Assembly: GCF_964204645.1 (NCBI RefSeq)
Contig: NC_134028.1
Location: forward strand, 16,003,653-16,067,652
Source: Tubulanus polymorphus
Taxonomy: Eukaryota > Animalia > Nemertea
Direction of reading: 5' to 3'
Length of the DNA: 64,000 bases
Below are positions 21,103 through 33,882 of the stretch, one piece after another. The number at the start of each line of letters is the position of its first letter. The stretch's first letter is position 1. Under the pieces are notes generated by a model that saw nothing but the letters and a program-made list of their open reading frames with translations, was not told where the DNA came from and made no database searches. Made by a program: the position numbers and the translations under genes.

Positions 21103-22100
21103 AGAATTTTGGGCAAATGTGAGTTTCATCGCTATCGAAAGCTCTATGTACAAGCGTAGACGGACAAATCTACCCGCTATGCCACGCGATATAGAACAGT
21201 ATCCGGGAGCAATAGAAGCCAGTGGATACAGCACAGCCTCTGATGGTTCTCCATTTTACCGTGGAATTGTCAGAATCCCAGATTAAATGGCAATTGTTTT
21301 TGCAACTCATGCGCAAATTCAATTACTAGTGGGGCAGCGCACATGGACGCGACGTTTAAAACAATACCGGCACAGTTTTACCAGTTATTCATCGTGTTCG
21401 TGACTATTTCTGGCTATGTTTTTCCTGCAGTCTTCTAATTACCAGAAAAACAGAAGACTTATACAGGGCTGTTTTTGAAAAAATCCGAGAAATAGCGGCT
21501 ACATTCAACCCATTGCGCGTGATGGCTGATTTCGAAGAGGCACCAGCACCAGCCATTCGTATAGTTTATCCAGACGTATAATGTTTCTGGATGCTGGTTT
21601 CATTGTGCACAAGCAATATTCCGCCGTGTACTGAAACTGGGACTGCAGGACTTATATCGTGATATAAACAATCCAGTACGTGTTCTCGTGATGGAGACAA
21701 TGTGTCTCCCCCTACTTCCAGCTGAGAATACTGAGAAGGGACTTCGTCTATCTGCGCCGAAAATACAGTTAGATGATTAAGTTCGTTCTTTCGCTATGTG
21801 GCCCAATATCATCCAGACAGAACCAATAATGGTGTTGAAAGTTTTCGCGCACAACTGAAGTCCCGCTTTGGGGTTCATCCAAATATATGGATGTTTCTCA
21901 AACATCACGGAAAACTAGCTGAAGATGTTGTCAACGGCGAAGAAAAAAAGGCAAAATAGTTGCTAACGACACTGCGTTGAAATCATGTACCAGGCGACTG
22001 CGAGAAAATAACTATAGCGTTGCAGAATTTCTGAATGCAGCACGCCATCATATCGGGAAATATGTGAATGAACAATGCGAAACTACAATGATGATGACGA
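21103..22100 (+). pseudogene. Decayed MULE/Mutator-type transposase forming most of the palindrome spacer
   Basis: Translated fragments SMYKRRRTNLPAMP, MDATFKTIPAQFYQLFIV, MADFEEAPAPAIRIVYP, GCWFHCAQAIFRRV and RTNNGVESF, with stops and frameshifts. Confidence 0.85.
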
Positions 22101-22368
22101 TAATGACGATAACATACTCGCGAAACTCATAAAAATGAAAAATAAATTCTCACACGCTCGAATTTATTTTTCATTTTTATGAGTTTCACTCCTAATTCAA
22201 GTAGAAATTATTATTATTTTCATATTTTTCATTTTTTACTCACTCGCCCTTTCAACCTTTAACCTGAAACAACTAAACCCCTATTAATCTTAAAATATTC
22301 ATATAAATTAATAACATATAAATCATTGAACTTCTAAAATCAATTTTAATAAAAAATTTAGTATTAAA

Positions 22369-22620
22369 ATGGAAGCAAATAAGTACTACTGTCCAACATG
22401 TAATATCAATATAGATAAATCCCAAAAAGCAAGACACAATAAAACTAAAACACATTATGAGAATAAATTGAAACTAGAATATTTACTGTTATATTCAGAA
22501 CAGTTAACAAAAGGAAAGAAATTTATTGAATTATGGAATAATGATCCAAATAATAAACAATACGTTGAGGAATTTGATATCAAGGATCTGATGTTTATAC
22601 TAGAAAATGATTCTATTTGA
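22369..22620 (+). CDS. Small zinc-finger protein (mirror of 20500-20751)
   Basis: Identical translation. Confidence 0.6.
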   Translation: MEANKYYCPTCNINIDKSQKARHNKTKTHYENKLKLEYLLLYSEQLTKGKKFIELWNNDPNNKQYVEEFDIKDLMFILENDSI

Positions 22621-23751
22621 GCCTATATACATTCAATGTACAGAGCTATGGAATAAATCTATAAATTCACAGCTGTTACAGCTGTTACTATGACGCCGAG
22701 ACTTATGACTCATTATTACAAACGTGCAGAGAGAGAACACTCTAGAACCGGAGCCAGATGACGTGGCAAGAAATGAATGTACGCTGTAATATTGTGCTCA
22801 GGATATTCTATCTTTCGAAACGAAATTAGGAGTTTATAGTTTACAATTATAAATCTAAATGTAAGTACTGTTTGTTGTAGTTATTAAGGCTATTAAATAT
22901 GAAACCTTTAGATATATTTAAGTGTATTTAGTATGTCTTTTAGATAGCTAGAGTTATCGCTAATATCTTTTAGATTAATAAAACGCCATACGAATCAAGA
23001 AGTGATAGAGAAACTCAAGATACTCTTTCTGACTGAGGAATCAACAACAATGGATATCAAACCAATAGAATCACCAAAAGATCGACGAAGAAATATAAGA
23101 ATTTCAAAAACATTAAGACTCCAATGATTAAGTTTAACATTTGTTGATGTAGTTAAATATTTACCAACAATTGAAAAAATGTTTGTAATTATAAATTGTA
23201 TTTATAGAAATCAAATGATGTATTGGAAGAAATGACTGAACAACTTGTATAATGTATTGTGTAAATCTGATTTGTGAATTTTTATGTTCAGTCGTTTCTA
23301 TTATGATTAACGCATGCGCATTAAGCAAAACCCGCATGTGACGCATGTAACGCATGTGACGAGGGACATGAATGCGTTTGAATTTTCTATGTTCAGTTGT
23401 TTCTATTTTACAGAATTTATAGAATGAATATATAATTATGATTAACACATGTGCATTAAGCAAAACCGGCCATAAATGGCCGCATGTGACGCATGTAACG
23501 CATGTGTTGTTTCTATTTTACAGAATTTATAGAATGAATATATAATTATGATTAACGCATGCGCATTAAGCAAAAGCGCGCCTGTATGTCCGCATGTGAC
23601 GCGGGTATTGTAACTGGTATGATTTAGATATCAAGGAATCGAAACAACTTATCAAAAGCAGCGAGGAATGAAAAAGGATGACGTTGGTCGAAGAAATGGA
23701 AGAGGATTCTAAAATTATTAACCAATTTAGTAAAAAAAATACGTATAATAA

Positions 23752-24417
23752 ATGGAACCAGAACAACCACAAATTATCAATTTTACAAATAACACTGGCG
23801 TTATAAACATATACTACAAGAAGTGTTCTAAATGTGAATTAGATAAATCATTAACAGAATTTAGTAAGCGTAAGATTAGCAAAGATGGTTTTCAATATTG
23901 CTGTAAAACTTGTTTTAAACTATATACCAAACAATATCGAGAAGATAATATAGAACATTATAATTATTATATGGTAGAACATATGACAGGAAGATATCAA
24001 ACAGATCTTAATTTTAGATTAAAACAATGCTTAAGATCTAGATTAACACAATTATTCAACAAAGAAACACATTCAGAAACATTATCTAATTTGTTGGGTT
24101 GTACAGATGAATTTCTCAAATCATGGATTATATTTCAATTCGATGATAAAATGAATATAGATAATTATGGGGATTATTACCATATTGATCACGTGTTGCC
24201 GATTTCTAAATTTAACATGAATGATGAATACAATAAAAAACTTATTTGGAATTGGAAGAATTTAAGACCTTTAGAAAAGAAGGAAAACATAATTAAATCT
24301 AATAAACTAGATTTACAGTTATATTTAGAACAGTTAACAAATGCAAAGAAATTTATTGATCAATGGAACAATGATCCAAATAATGAACAATACGTTGAGT
24401 CTTTAATGAGTGGTTAA
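23752..24417 (+). CDS. HNH/endonuclease VII-like protein (mirror copy)
   Basis: Identical translation to 18703-19368. Confidence 0.8.
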   Translation: MEPEQPQIINFTNNTGVINIYYKKCSKCELDKSLTEFSKRKISKDGFQYCCKTCFKLYTKQYREDNIEHYNYYMVEHMTGRYQTDLNFRLKQCLRSRLTQLFNKETHSETLSNLLGCTDEFLKSWIIFQFDDKMNIDNYGDYYHIDHVLPISKFNMNDEYNKKLIWNWKNLRPLEKKENIIKSNKLDLQLYLEQLTNAKKFIDQWNNDPNNEQYVESLMSG

Positions 24418-24663
24418 AGAATAATAGATTTTAAATAAAATATAATAAAAATTACATACCTTCAACTATCTATTATTTCTATTATATTTTTAATATTTTC
24501 TTTTCAAAAAAGAATACTTTATATCACAAATAAAAAATACTAAAAAAACAATAACTAATACTAAAATTCTTTACCTTTAACTAAGCTAGTATTAATCTAA
24601 AGAGATACTAGTATCATTTTATAATACTTATAATATTTTTCTTATTAAATTTCTCTAATAAAA

Positions 24664-25266
24664 ATGTCAAAGAAATCGAGTAAGAATAGTATTGATATTG
24701 AAAAGACATTAGATGATTTGGGTATAAGTGATAATAAGGATCCAGTTGTTTCTAATTCTATTCAAGTTAATAACAATATAGATTATGAATACTATTTGTA
24801 TTGTAAGCATCATCTAGAACTATTGATTGCCGGTGGAAAAACTAAGGAGTTTTTAACTAAGACTATTACTTTTCAAGAATTAGATGCTATGAAACCAGAT
24901 AAAGTAATAAAATATTTTAAGATTTATGAAGAAGCAAGATTAGCTAGAATAAATGATTCTATTTCAGATGGTATTGTCAAATGTTATTCTAAGTTATGTA
25001 ACCAGTTAATACCAATTGATGATGAAAATAAATTATATAGTGATTTGAAAAATGACTACTTAGTTATGACTGAATTACAAAAATGGGTTGGATATGCTTC
25101 ATTTCAATTAGGATCGGTTATGACATTAATTTCTACTGGTGTCATAACATTTTCGAACATCAAACCTATGGAATATAAATCAGGTAAGAACGAAACAGAT
25201 GTACTACAACCAAACGTCGAAACAGAAAATGAATCAGAACAAAAATTAACTAAAATAAATGAGTGA
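24664..25266 (+). CDS. Hypothetical protein (mirror of 17854-18456)
   Basis: Identical translation. Confidence 0.7.
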   Translation: MSKKSSKNSIDIEKTLDDLGISDNKDPVVSNSIQVNNNIDYEYYLYCKHHLELLIAGGKTKEFLTKTITFQELDAMKPDKVIKYFKIYEEARLARINDSISDGIVKCYSKLCNQLIPIDDENKLYSDLKNDYLVMTELQKWVGYASFQLGSVMTLISTGVITFSNIKPMEYKSGKNETDVLQPNVETENESEQKLTKINE

Positions 25267-25654
25267 TGGAGTTAAGAAAAAGGCTAGATCCGAGAAACAA
25301 ATTAAATGGGCAAGAGAATTAGGTAAAAGATCTTCAGAATTAAAAAAAGCTAAGAAAAAGAAATTAACTGATATAAATGAATCACAGACTTTATCTGATA
25401 TTGATTCAAATAATAATCCATCTGATTCTTCTAATGCTGGAAGTAATTATAAATTATATATTACAATTGGATTAGTAACAGTTATTATATTATCCGGTGT
25501 AATATATAAATCAAAGTTCAAATCTGATGATAAAGATGATTCCAATGATCGGAAACTTAGTTATCCATGTACAGACAGTAAACCTATCATACCAGAAAAT
25601 AAGTCAAATCATAAAGCCATTGAAACTAAATCTAAATTATTATTAATGGATTAA
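25259..25654 (+). CDS. Small basic TM protein (mirror of 17466-17861)
   Basis: Identical translation. Confidence 0.7.
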   Translation: MSDGVKKKARSEKQIKWARELGKRSSELKKAKKKKLTDINESQTLSDIDSNNNPSDSSNAGSNYKLYITIGLVTVIILSGVIYKSKFKSDDKDDSNDRKLSYPCTDSKPIIPENKSNHKAIETKSKLLLMD

Positions 25655-25660
25655 AATAGA

Positions 25661-26791
25661 ATGAAAAAAGAACAATATTTAAGAGATTTATATTATAACC
25701 CAGAGAGTGAAGTATCATATTCTAACGTTACAGAATTATGGAATAAAATTAAATCTGAAAATTAAAATGTTAATGGTGCCGTACGGCACCCACAGGGTGG
25801 TATAAAATATAGTGAATTAAAATCATGGTTACAAAATCAACCAACATATCAAATCCACAAGAAAATGGATAAAACTTATTTAACAAGAAAAGTTATGGTT
25901 TCATATATCGATCAACAATGGCAAGCAGATTTAATTGACATGAAGAACTTAGAGGAATACAACAAAGGATATTTCTGGATACTGAATGTTATAGACATAT
26001 TCAGTAGATACGCATGGTCAATTCCAATCAAAAATAAAACTGGTATGGAAGTGACAAATGCTTTTAAATCTATATTTAAAGAAGCTATTCCAGATAAGAT
26101 ACAATTTGATGAAGGTAAGGAATTTTATAACAAACATTTTAAAAAACTATTATCTGATAACGATGTAGACTATTTTTCAACACACTCAGATAAAAAAGCA
26201 TCTATTATAGAAAGATTTAATAAAACATTGAAAACTAGAATGTGGAAATACTTTACTGCTAATGAAACATATAAATATATCGATGAGTCTATAAATATAT
26301 TAGATGATTTAGTGAAAGGTTATAATAATTCTAAACATAGTTCTATAAATATGAAACCTATACAAGCTAGAAAAGAAGATAATTCGGAAATAGTTTGGAA
26401 TAATTTATATGGAGCCTTTGTTACACATGATTTCGGTGAACCTAGATTCAAAATTAGACAACACGTTAGAATATCTAAATATAGAAAAACATTTTATAAA
26501 GGTTATACTCCAAATTTTACTGAAGAAATATTCAAAATTAAAAAGATAATATTAACTAAACCTTTTGTTTATAAATTAGAAGATCTAAAAGATGAAGAAA
26601 TATTAGGTTATTTCTATGAACAAGAATTATCACTTGTACCAAATCCAGATGAAATAGAATACAAAATAGAAAAAGTATTGAAAACAAAATCTCTTAAAGG
26701 AAAAAAGTATTCTTTGGTGAAATATAAAGGATACGATGATAAATTTAATGAATGGATTTTATCTAGTAAAATTAAAAGAATAAATGAATAA
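25661..26791 (+). pseudogene. INT: rve-chromodomain integrase (mirror copy); TAA at 25763-25765, open from 25865 to 26791
   Basis: Same motifs; one M/I difference (HSSINMKP). Confidence 0.92.
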
Positions 26792-27395
26792 AGATTTATT
26801 TATATTTGAACCGCATAATATGTTAGTTACTGGAGTAACCAATTGTGGTAAAACACATTTCATATTAGATTTGTTAGAAACTATTTATAAGAATCATTTT
26901 GATAATATAATATTATTCTGTCCTACTTATGAAATGAATAAAACATATAATAGAGATATAGTTCAGATAAAAAAGTTTATTATATTAGATCCTAAAACAG
27001 TAAAAGAAAATTTAGATAATTGTATAAAAATAGCAATTGATACTTATAAAGGATCAAATACATTATTCATTATAGATGATTGCGCAAATTTACATGATTC
27101 AAAAGTGAGAGAAAGTGAGTTATGTTATCTAGCTTTCTCCGGGAGACATTTTGGGATAACAACATGGGTTTTAAATCAAAAATATAATTCAATTGTTAAA
27201 GACTTTAGGGAGAATATAAGATTTCTAGTTTTATTTTATAACAAAGATAAAAAATCTATGCAACAATCATTGAAAGAAAATCAAATTATACCTACTGAAT
27301 TACATGATGAATATATGAATAAATTAAAGAATAATAAAGGTTCAAAATTATTACTAAGACTACAATTTCCATATGAATATAAATTTATAAAATAA
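26784..27395 (+). CDS. A32-like packaging ATPase (mirror copy)
   Basis: Walker A/B and GRH motif; one E/K difference. Confidence 0.88.
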   Translation: MNKDLFIFEPHNMLVTGVTNCGKTHFILDLLETIYKNHFDNIILFCPTYEMNKTYNRDIVQIKKFIILDPKTVKENLDNCIKIAIDTYKGSNTLFIIDDCANLHDSKVRESELCYLAFSGRHFGITTWVLNQKYNSIVKDFRENIRFLVLFYNKDKKSMQQSLKENQIIPTELHDEYMNKLKNNKGSKLLLRLQFPYEYKFIK

Positions 27396-27763
27396 AATCC
27401 TAATTTACAATATTATAGAATTTTGAATATGTTTGATGGATGAGTGGATGAATTGGATGAATTGGATGAGTGGATGAATGGATGAGTGTAATAATATATA
27501 ATTTACATATGTTTCTTATTTTTAAAACAGTAAGAGTTTGATTTGAAGTTATTTTATCAATTTTATACTACATTTAAATATTATTTTAATAATATATATA
27601 TTGTGTTAAATTTAATAAAGAATACAAATATTATATTTATACTCATACTATTCTTCCAATTCATGTGTTAAAAATATACATATACAAATAAATATATTAT
27701 TACACTCATCCACTCTTCCACTCATCCAACTCATCCATTCATCAATCAATATATAAATGGAAC

Positions 27764-28840
27764 TTAATCTTTTTCATTTTCATTTTCATATTTTTCTTTA
27801 AGCTTATCATATTCTAACCATATATTCCTTCGCATTTTCATTGGTATAATTCCTGAACGATTCCCGAGTTTATATTTATTGAATGTTTCTCTTGAAAATA
27901 TTTTTGGAATATAATTTTCGATTTCAGTTTTAGATGGATGTTTATTTAAAAATTCTCTAAAATCATCATATTTAAGTTCAAATAAGTTCATTGCATAAGT
28001 TACATTTGGTTTAAAGTTATCTAACTTTTTCAATATGGTAACTATATCATTACTCAAGAAATAATCTATAAATGTTTTTCTATACCACCGATAATCTAAT
28101 ATATTCATATTATTAAATTTTGGATTTATAACTGTTGGATTTTCTATTACATTATCTGTACCAATATGTTTAATCGAGTATTTATGATTCAATTGTTTAT
28201 CATATATTACATATTCTTTACATTTTTCACACCAAGATTTAAATACCTGTATTGCATGGGCTGAATCATTTCCACCTTTTGTTTTTAATTTATAATGTTT
28301 TGCCCAATTAGCCTTTGTTATACATTCATTACAGAAGGCACAATAATTCTGATCCTCTTTGCATTTATCTTTATATATATTGGCATATTTTTTTACTAAT
28401 TGTAAAATATGTTCATCTTTTTTGATGTGTAATAAATAATCATTATAATTATCAAAATCTTCTTCACAATACATACATCTGATGTTATCTTTTGGTTGAA
28501 CATTTGATTTTTCTATTTTAGGTTCAATATTATGTTCTATTTTTGTTTCAATCTTATCATCATTCGATGTAGAAGGTATAACATTATCTTCTATTTTTGT
28601 TTCAATATTATTATCTATTTTTGTTTCAATATTATCTTCTATTTTTGTTTCAATATTATCTTCTATTTTTATATCAATATTATTATTACGTTCAATTAAA
28701 TATTCTTTGTATTGATTTAATTCATTTAATAAAAATGTTCCAATATATTCATTTATTCTTTTATAAGGTATTACATAAAACAAATCATCATTGATTTCTT
28801 TATCAGCTTTGATTCTTTCATATACTTTACCTCCTTCCAT
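27764..28840 (-). CDS. Zinc-finger protein (mirror of 14280-15356)
   Basis: Identical translation. Confidence 0.75.
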   Translation of the reverse strand: MEGGKVYERIKADKEINDDLFYVIPYKRINEYIGTFLLNELNQYKEYLIERNNNIDIKIEDNIETKIEDNIETKIDNNIETKIEDNVIPSTSNDDKIETKIEHNIEPKIEKSNVQPKDNIRCMYCEEDFDNYNDYLLHIKKDEHILQLVKKYANIYKDKCKEDQNYCAFCNECITKANWAKHYKLKTKGGNDSAHAIQVFKSWCEKCKEYVIYDKQLNHKYSIKHIGTDNVIENPTVINPKFNNMNILDYRWYRKTFIDYFLSNDIVTILKKLDNFKPNVTYAMNLFELKYDDFREFLNKHPSKTEIENYIPKIFSRETFNKYKLGNRSGIIPMKMRRNIWLEYDKLKEKYENENEKD

Positions 28841-28872
28841 TTATTATATATATTTTTATTAAAGTTAAAATT

Positions 28873-30112
28873 TTAATACATAACACTATCTAATTGTGAA
28901 TTTACAATATTTAATTGCGCGTCAGATATAATATAAATATGCATTTTAAAATTTTTGATTCCTTTATTCTTTGTCATGAATAATTGTATTCCATCTTTAG
29001 TGTTTTGTAGTTTTTTTCCAGAACCATGTAATGAATTATCCTCTGTTGTTCTAAAATCTAACCATAATGTGTATTTATTACCGGTATAATAATCAATTTG
29101 ATTAATATTACAATTTTCAGATGATTTCACTTTTTCATTCATAAAATGTTTTCTAATTTCTGGCCATTGATCAATCATTCTCATTCCTTGACAAAATATT
29201 TTATTTGCTATTCCTTCGATAGTTATTTCTACTTTTGTTATTTCAGGATTGTAATAATTATCAACATTTATTGCGCCATTAGTATATGTTGCAATGGTAA
29301 AAAATATTAATATACCTTTAATAGATCTTCTTGGGAAGTTAATATTCTCATTAATTATTTCATCATTTGCATTAATAGTTACGGTTTTAAATTTATCAAT
29401 ATAATCATATAATAATGAAAATCCTTGATTGTATTTAGTTTGAATTATACTTGAAATATTTTCATCAGTTACTGTGTCATATTCTAAACATATATTCGAT
29501 AATTTATAACTCATATCTTGAACAACGCTAGATAATACAATTTCATTTACAGGAGCAAATGTTATTTCGAATATAACGTCTTCTTGAATTGCGTATTTAT
29601 ATAAAGGTGCATTATTATTTATCAATTCAAAGTCTAATGGAATTTTATATTTGCTTCCATATATACTTTTTATCAATTTATCTACAGCATTAGTTAATAT
29701 TGCGCTATTAGCTTCTGATCTTAATTTATTTTGGTTTTCTGATTGGATGCCTTGAAATATCATATTATTTCTATTTTCTTTAGTTAACCATAAATCTTTA
29801 TAATGCATAAATAAATTATAATTATCTAATGAGAAAACTGTTTCTGGACCAATCTTTATTGTTAACTTTTTAATCAAATATCTTCCAACATTATCAACAA
29901 CATAATTATTATTATTACCGATTACTTTTATATCGGCCGATAAATAAATACTATTTGGAACATAAAAAGTATTTTGTGTTAATCGAGGGATTCTAACATA
30001 TAAAGTTTCATCGGGATTAATATTTGAAGGGTTATGAGTAATTATATGATGTGATCTTTCTGCTTTAATAGCATTAGATATTCTTCGAAGGATTGATATA
30101 ACTCCCACTCAT
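28873..30112 (-). CDS. Putative major capsid protein (mirror copy)
   Basis: One K/T difference from 13012-14247. Confidence 0.6.
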
Positions 30113-30131
30113 TTATTTAACAAAAAATTAA

Positions 30132-31587
30132 TTATTTATTTTTTGTTAACATGTTTACTAATCCAAAAATAATAGCACTTACAACAGTTATTAAAAATAA
30201 AATAATATGTTCAGCAGCAAAGTTAATAATGTTTCCTGCAGATTTCAATATAAAACCAACAATTGATGCAATAATTCCTGATAAAGCTGCAGCAGATTTT
30301 TTAGATAGTTCCCATAAATATTTTGCTAATTTCTTTAAACCATCTTTAACTTTATCTTGTATAGAATTATTACTCGGTGGTTTATCTGGTTTATTGGGAG
30401 TAGGAGTAGATTTTAAAGCATTTGATATAGCTAAACCAATTGTTGTAAATAACATAGTTACAGATGTTAGAATTGAAAGAATTGTTATTCCTTCTAATTT
30501 AAATAATAACTTTATTCTATCTTTCAATGATATTTTAGAATCTGGTTTAATCAACAAATCTTTAAAAATAACTTTTAATCTATTAATATTATAATCATAT
30601 GATTTTAATAATAATTTAATTTCTTCTTTTTGTAATTCTATGTTATATTCTAAATCATCTATTTCTTTTTCTAAATATGCATTTCTTTTTTTAAATTCAA
30701 TTTCTTCAATAACTTTATTATCTCTATCTAATTTTAATTGTTCTATTTCTTTATTTTTATCAGTTAATTCTTTTTCTAAAGTTCTAATTTTAAAATCTCA
30801 TACTTTTATCATGCGCAATTTTATCAGATGCATTTCTTATACTAATAATCTCTCTAATTGCTTTATCAGAAAATATATCTAAATCTTCTAATTCTTGATC
30901 TGTTGCATCAAGTAATCCATTCGATAAAAGTTTTTCAATTGGAACTTTATTTGATTTAAGTTTACTAGTTTTGGAAGTTATATTCTGTTCAGAAGTTGTT
31001 TCTGTTTCTAAATTATTATCGATTGTTTCAAATAATTCATTAATTCTTTGTTTAAATACTCTTTCATTTTTAATAATTTCTTCGTGTGTTACATCTTCTA
31101 TTTCATTACTATTTCTTATTCTTTTAATTCTAGATAGGTCTAACTTAAGCAAAGTTGATTCTGCTTATATTTTGTTTTGTTTTTTATAAGAGATATCAAT
31201 ATAATAATCATCTTTCAAATGATAATAATATTCACCATCTAAAGATTTTAATTCTTGTACTAAAAGTCTGGCGCCTCTGGCATTTATATTATATCCAGAT
31301 TTTTCAAATATAGGTTTGAAATTATAAATATACTCATTATATTCTAAATTTTCCTTTAATAAACCTGTATTTTCATTTTCAATAGGTATTCTCGATCTAG
31401 TTCTTCTATCAAATTCATCTGTTGATGGGGCTTTAGAACCACTATCTGCTAAATTAGAATTATATGTTATATCATTATCATTATCAATATTAGTATCAGC
31501 AGTCATATAATCATCATCGTTAGTATTGGCATCATTATTATTTCTCATGTTTTCCATTTCATAATCTTCTCCACCTTCTACATCCAT
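30132..31587 (-). pseudogene. Coiled-coil/TM protein (mirror of 11533-12988)
   Basis: Same stop and frameshift as the left arm. Confidence 0.75.
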
Positions 31588-31604
31588 TTACATAATAAAA
31601 AAAA

Positions 31605-33020
31605 TTAAAATTTAAAATATAATATTCCTCCGATTACAATTCCTATACAAGTTATAGCTAATTTAGTATTTTCATGGGATTTATTATCATCATTTAGTTT
31701 AATTATATCATGTTGAATAATATCAGTTCTATTATCACCGTGTGGGTGCCGTACGGCACCATTTTCTGATGTATTATAATCATTTATTTTAGAATCATTA
31801 TTTAATTTAATATTATTAGTTTTAGTTTCTGTTGATTGAATATGTTTTTTATTTTTTTCACCTTCCATTAATTTTGGAGCAGTAATAATCTTTTTATTTA
31901 TATCATTCAATCCAAAAGAATTATTTATTGTTGCAGTTTTAATTAGATTATTATAACCAATTATATTTCCCATCTTTAATACTAAATCATTAGAAATAAT
32001 TAATAGATTAGGGCCTATACAATAATTAAGCCTTACATGAGATTTATCTAAATAATTTTGATATCTTATAATGTTTTCTGGAATCGATCTATTTTTATCG
32101 TTATGAATTGAATCTTCAAATAATACTTTAAATTGTTTCTGTGTATCAAATGATGTATTCAAATTTCCAATCATTGGGGATCTTGTTTCAACTTGCGCGC
32201 CTAAAATACATATCAAATAAGTTCTAATAGATTGATTTATTCTTTCTATACCTGATTTAGTAAAACATTCACTATTTTCTAAAATAAAATGAACCCAACC
32301 ATTATTGTTTTCTTGTTTTAAATTATCATAAAATTTCGGTAATTTATTGAAATTTAATGTTTCTAAATCCTTAGTTTCTATTTTACCATAACCTAATTTA
32401 TTATTATAAATATTATAAAAGCTATTAGATGGTATGGGAAGTGCGCAATATTCTGCAATCTTTTTAGGGCAAGGAAGTGATCTTATTGTTCCAATTTTTG
32501 TTCTAAAATCAGAATTATTTATATCTATATTAAATTCATTACAAATTTTATAAAACTTTCATAAATTAATATTATTATCTAATTCTTTAAAATATTTTGA
32601 ACCTGGTAAAGGACATTCTAATTCATCTAATATTAATTTTATTTGAAAATAAGTATGAAATCTAAAAAGTGATAACATCAATGGTAAACTTGGTTTGTTT
32701 AAATGATCATTCCAACTAATTCCACATCCTGTTGTCGCGCAATAAACAGCAAAATTTAATTGGTTCTGCCCATACTTCATATTAGATTTTAATAACCATT
32801 GTTTTGCCTCATTTAAATTTTTGAAATTAATTGTATACACATGAAATATATTTTCCATCTTTACATGAAAATTATTACTTTCAGTAACATAAATATATAA
32901 ATTAATTAATGAATTTAAAACTTCATTTCTATATGTAATATCTTTATTAAAATCTATTGCTGGAATATTATATTTAATTGATTTATTATATTGGAAAGCT
33001 TTTGGAAAACTATCTGCCAT
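31605..33020 (-). pseudogene. TM-anchored hypothetical protein (mirror of 10100-11515)
   Basis: Same internal TGA as the left arm. Confidence 0.8.
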
Positions 33021-33036
33021 TTATATAACTAAAAAA

Positions 33037-33471
33037 TTAATAATTTATTAATTCTTTTAATAATTTATCTTGTTCTTCAACTGTTATATGGCCATTTAAA
33101 CTTATTATATAATCTAGTGTATTCTTTAATTTATCAATTTCTTTTATATTAGTTTTAATTTTTTCTTTATTACTTTTTATATTTAATTTTGAACTTATAC
33201 CAGTTAAAACACTTGATGATAATCCTAACACACCAATTGATATAGCTAAAGGTGTTAATGGACTGAATATTGCTAGAAATGTTATTACAGAACTAATTGT
33301 AACCGAACCACTAATAATAAGATAATATATAATTTTACTTTTTAAATATTTTTTCTTTTTTATCTTTAAGTCACTTTCAAATTCTAATATTTGTTTTTCT
33401 AAATATATTTTTAATTTAGTTTTATTTATATCATGAGGAATAATATCAATATTATCAACTTTATCTTCCAT
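33037..33471 (-). CDS. Hypothetical membrane protein (mirror of 9649-10083)
   Basis: One N/D difference. Confidence 0.75.
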   Translation of the reverse strand: MEDKVDNIDIIPHDINKTKLKIYLEKQILEFESDLKIKKKKYLKSKIIYYLIISGSVTISSVITFLAIFSPLTPLAISIGVLGLSSSVLTGISSKLNIKSNKEKIKTNIKEIDKLKNTLDYIISLNGHITVEEQDKLLKELINY

Positions 33472-33882
33472 TTATTTAGAAAAAAAAATTACTAATTAGT
33501 AAACTTATAAGCAACAAATATAACAATAACTGTTCCACCTAAAATCCAAATTATTTCATATTTCTGTTGTTCTTTACTTGGGGTATAATAATCTGATAAT
33601 TTAGGTTTGTATAGATGTAATTTTTCTTTATTGGTTACCGCGATATATAAACTCATTGCATCATCAACTGAAAATCTCTACGTGAAATCTTCTGATCATA
33701 TAATTCCTTGTTAATATAATCCGTATAGTTTTGTCTTTTTTCTCTATATTCTTCTGCTGCTTTATTATATTTTTCTAATGCTAAGTTATGTCTTTTTTGT
33801 TCTGTTAATGAACCATTTTTATCAATATGCTTAAATAAATAACCACCACCAGTAAATGCTGAAGCGTTAACAATTGCCGATC

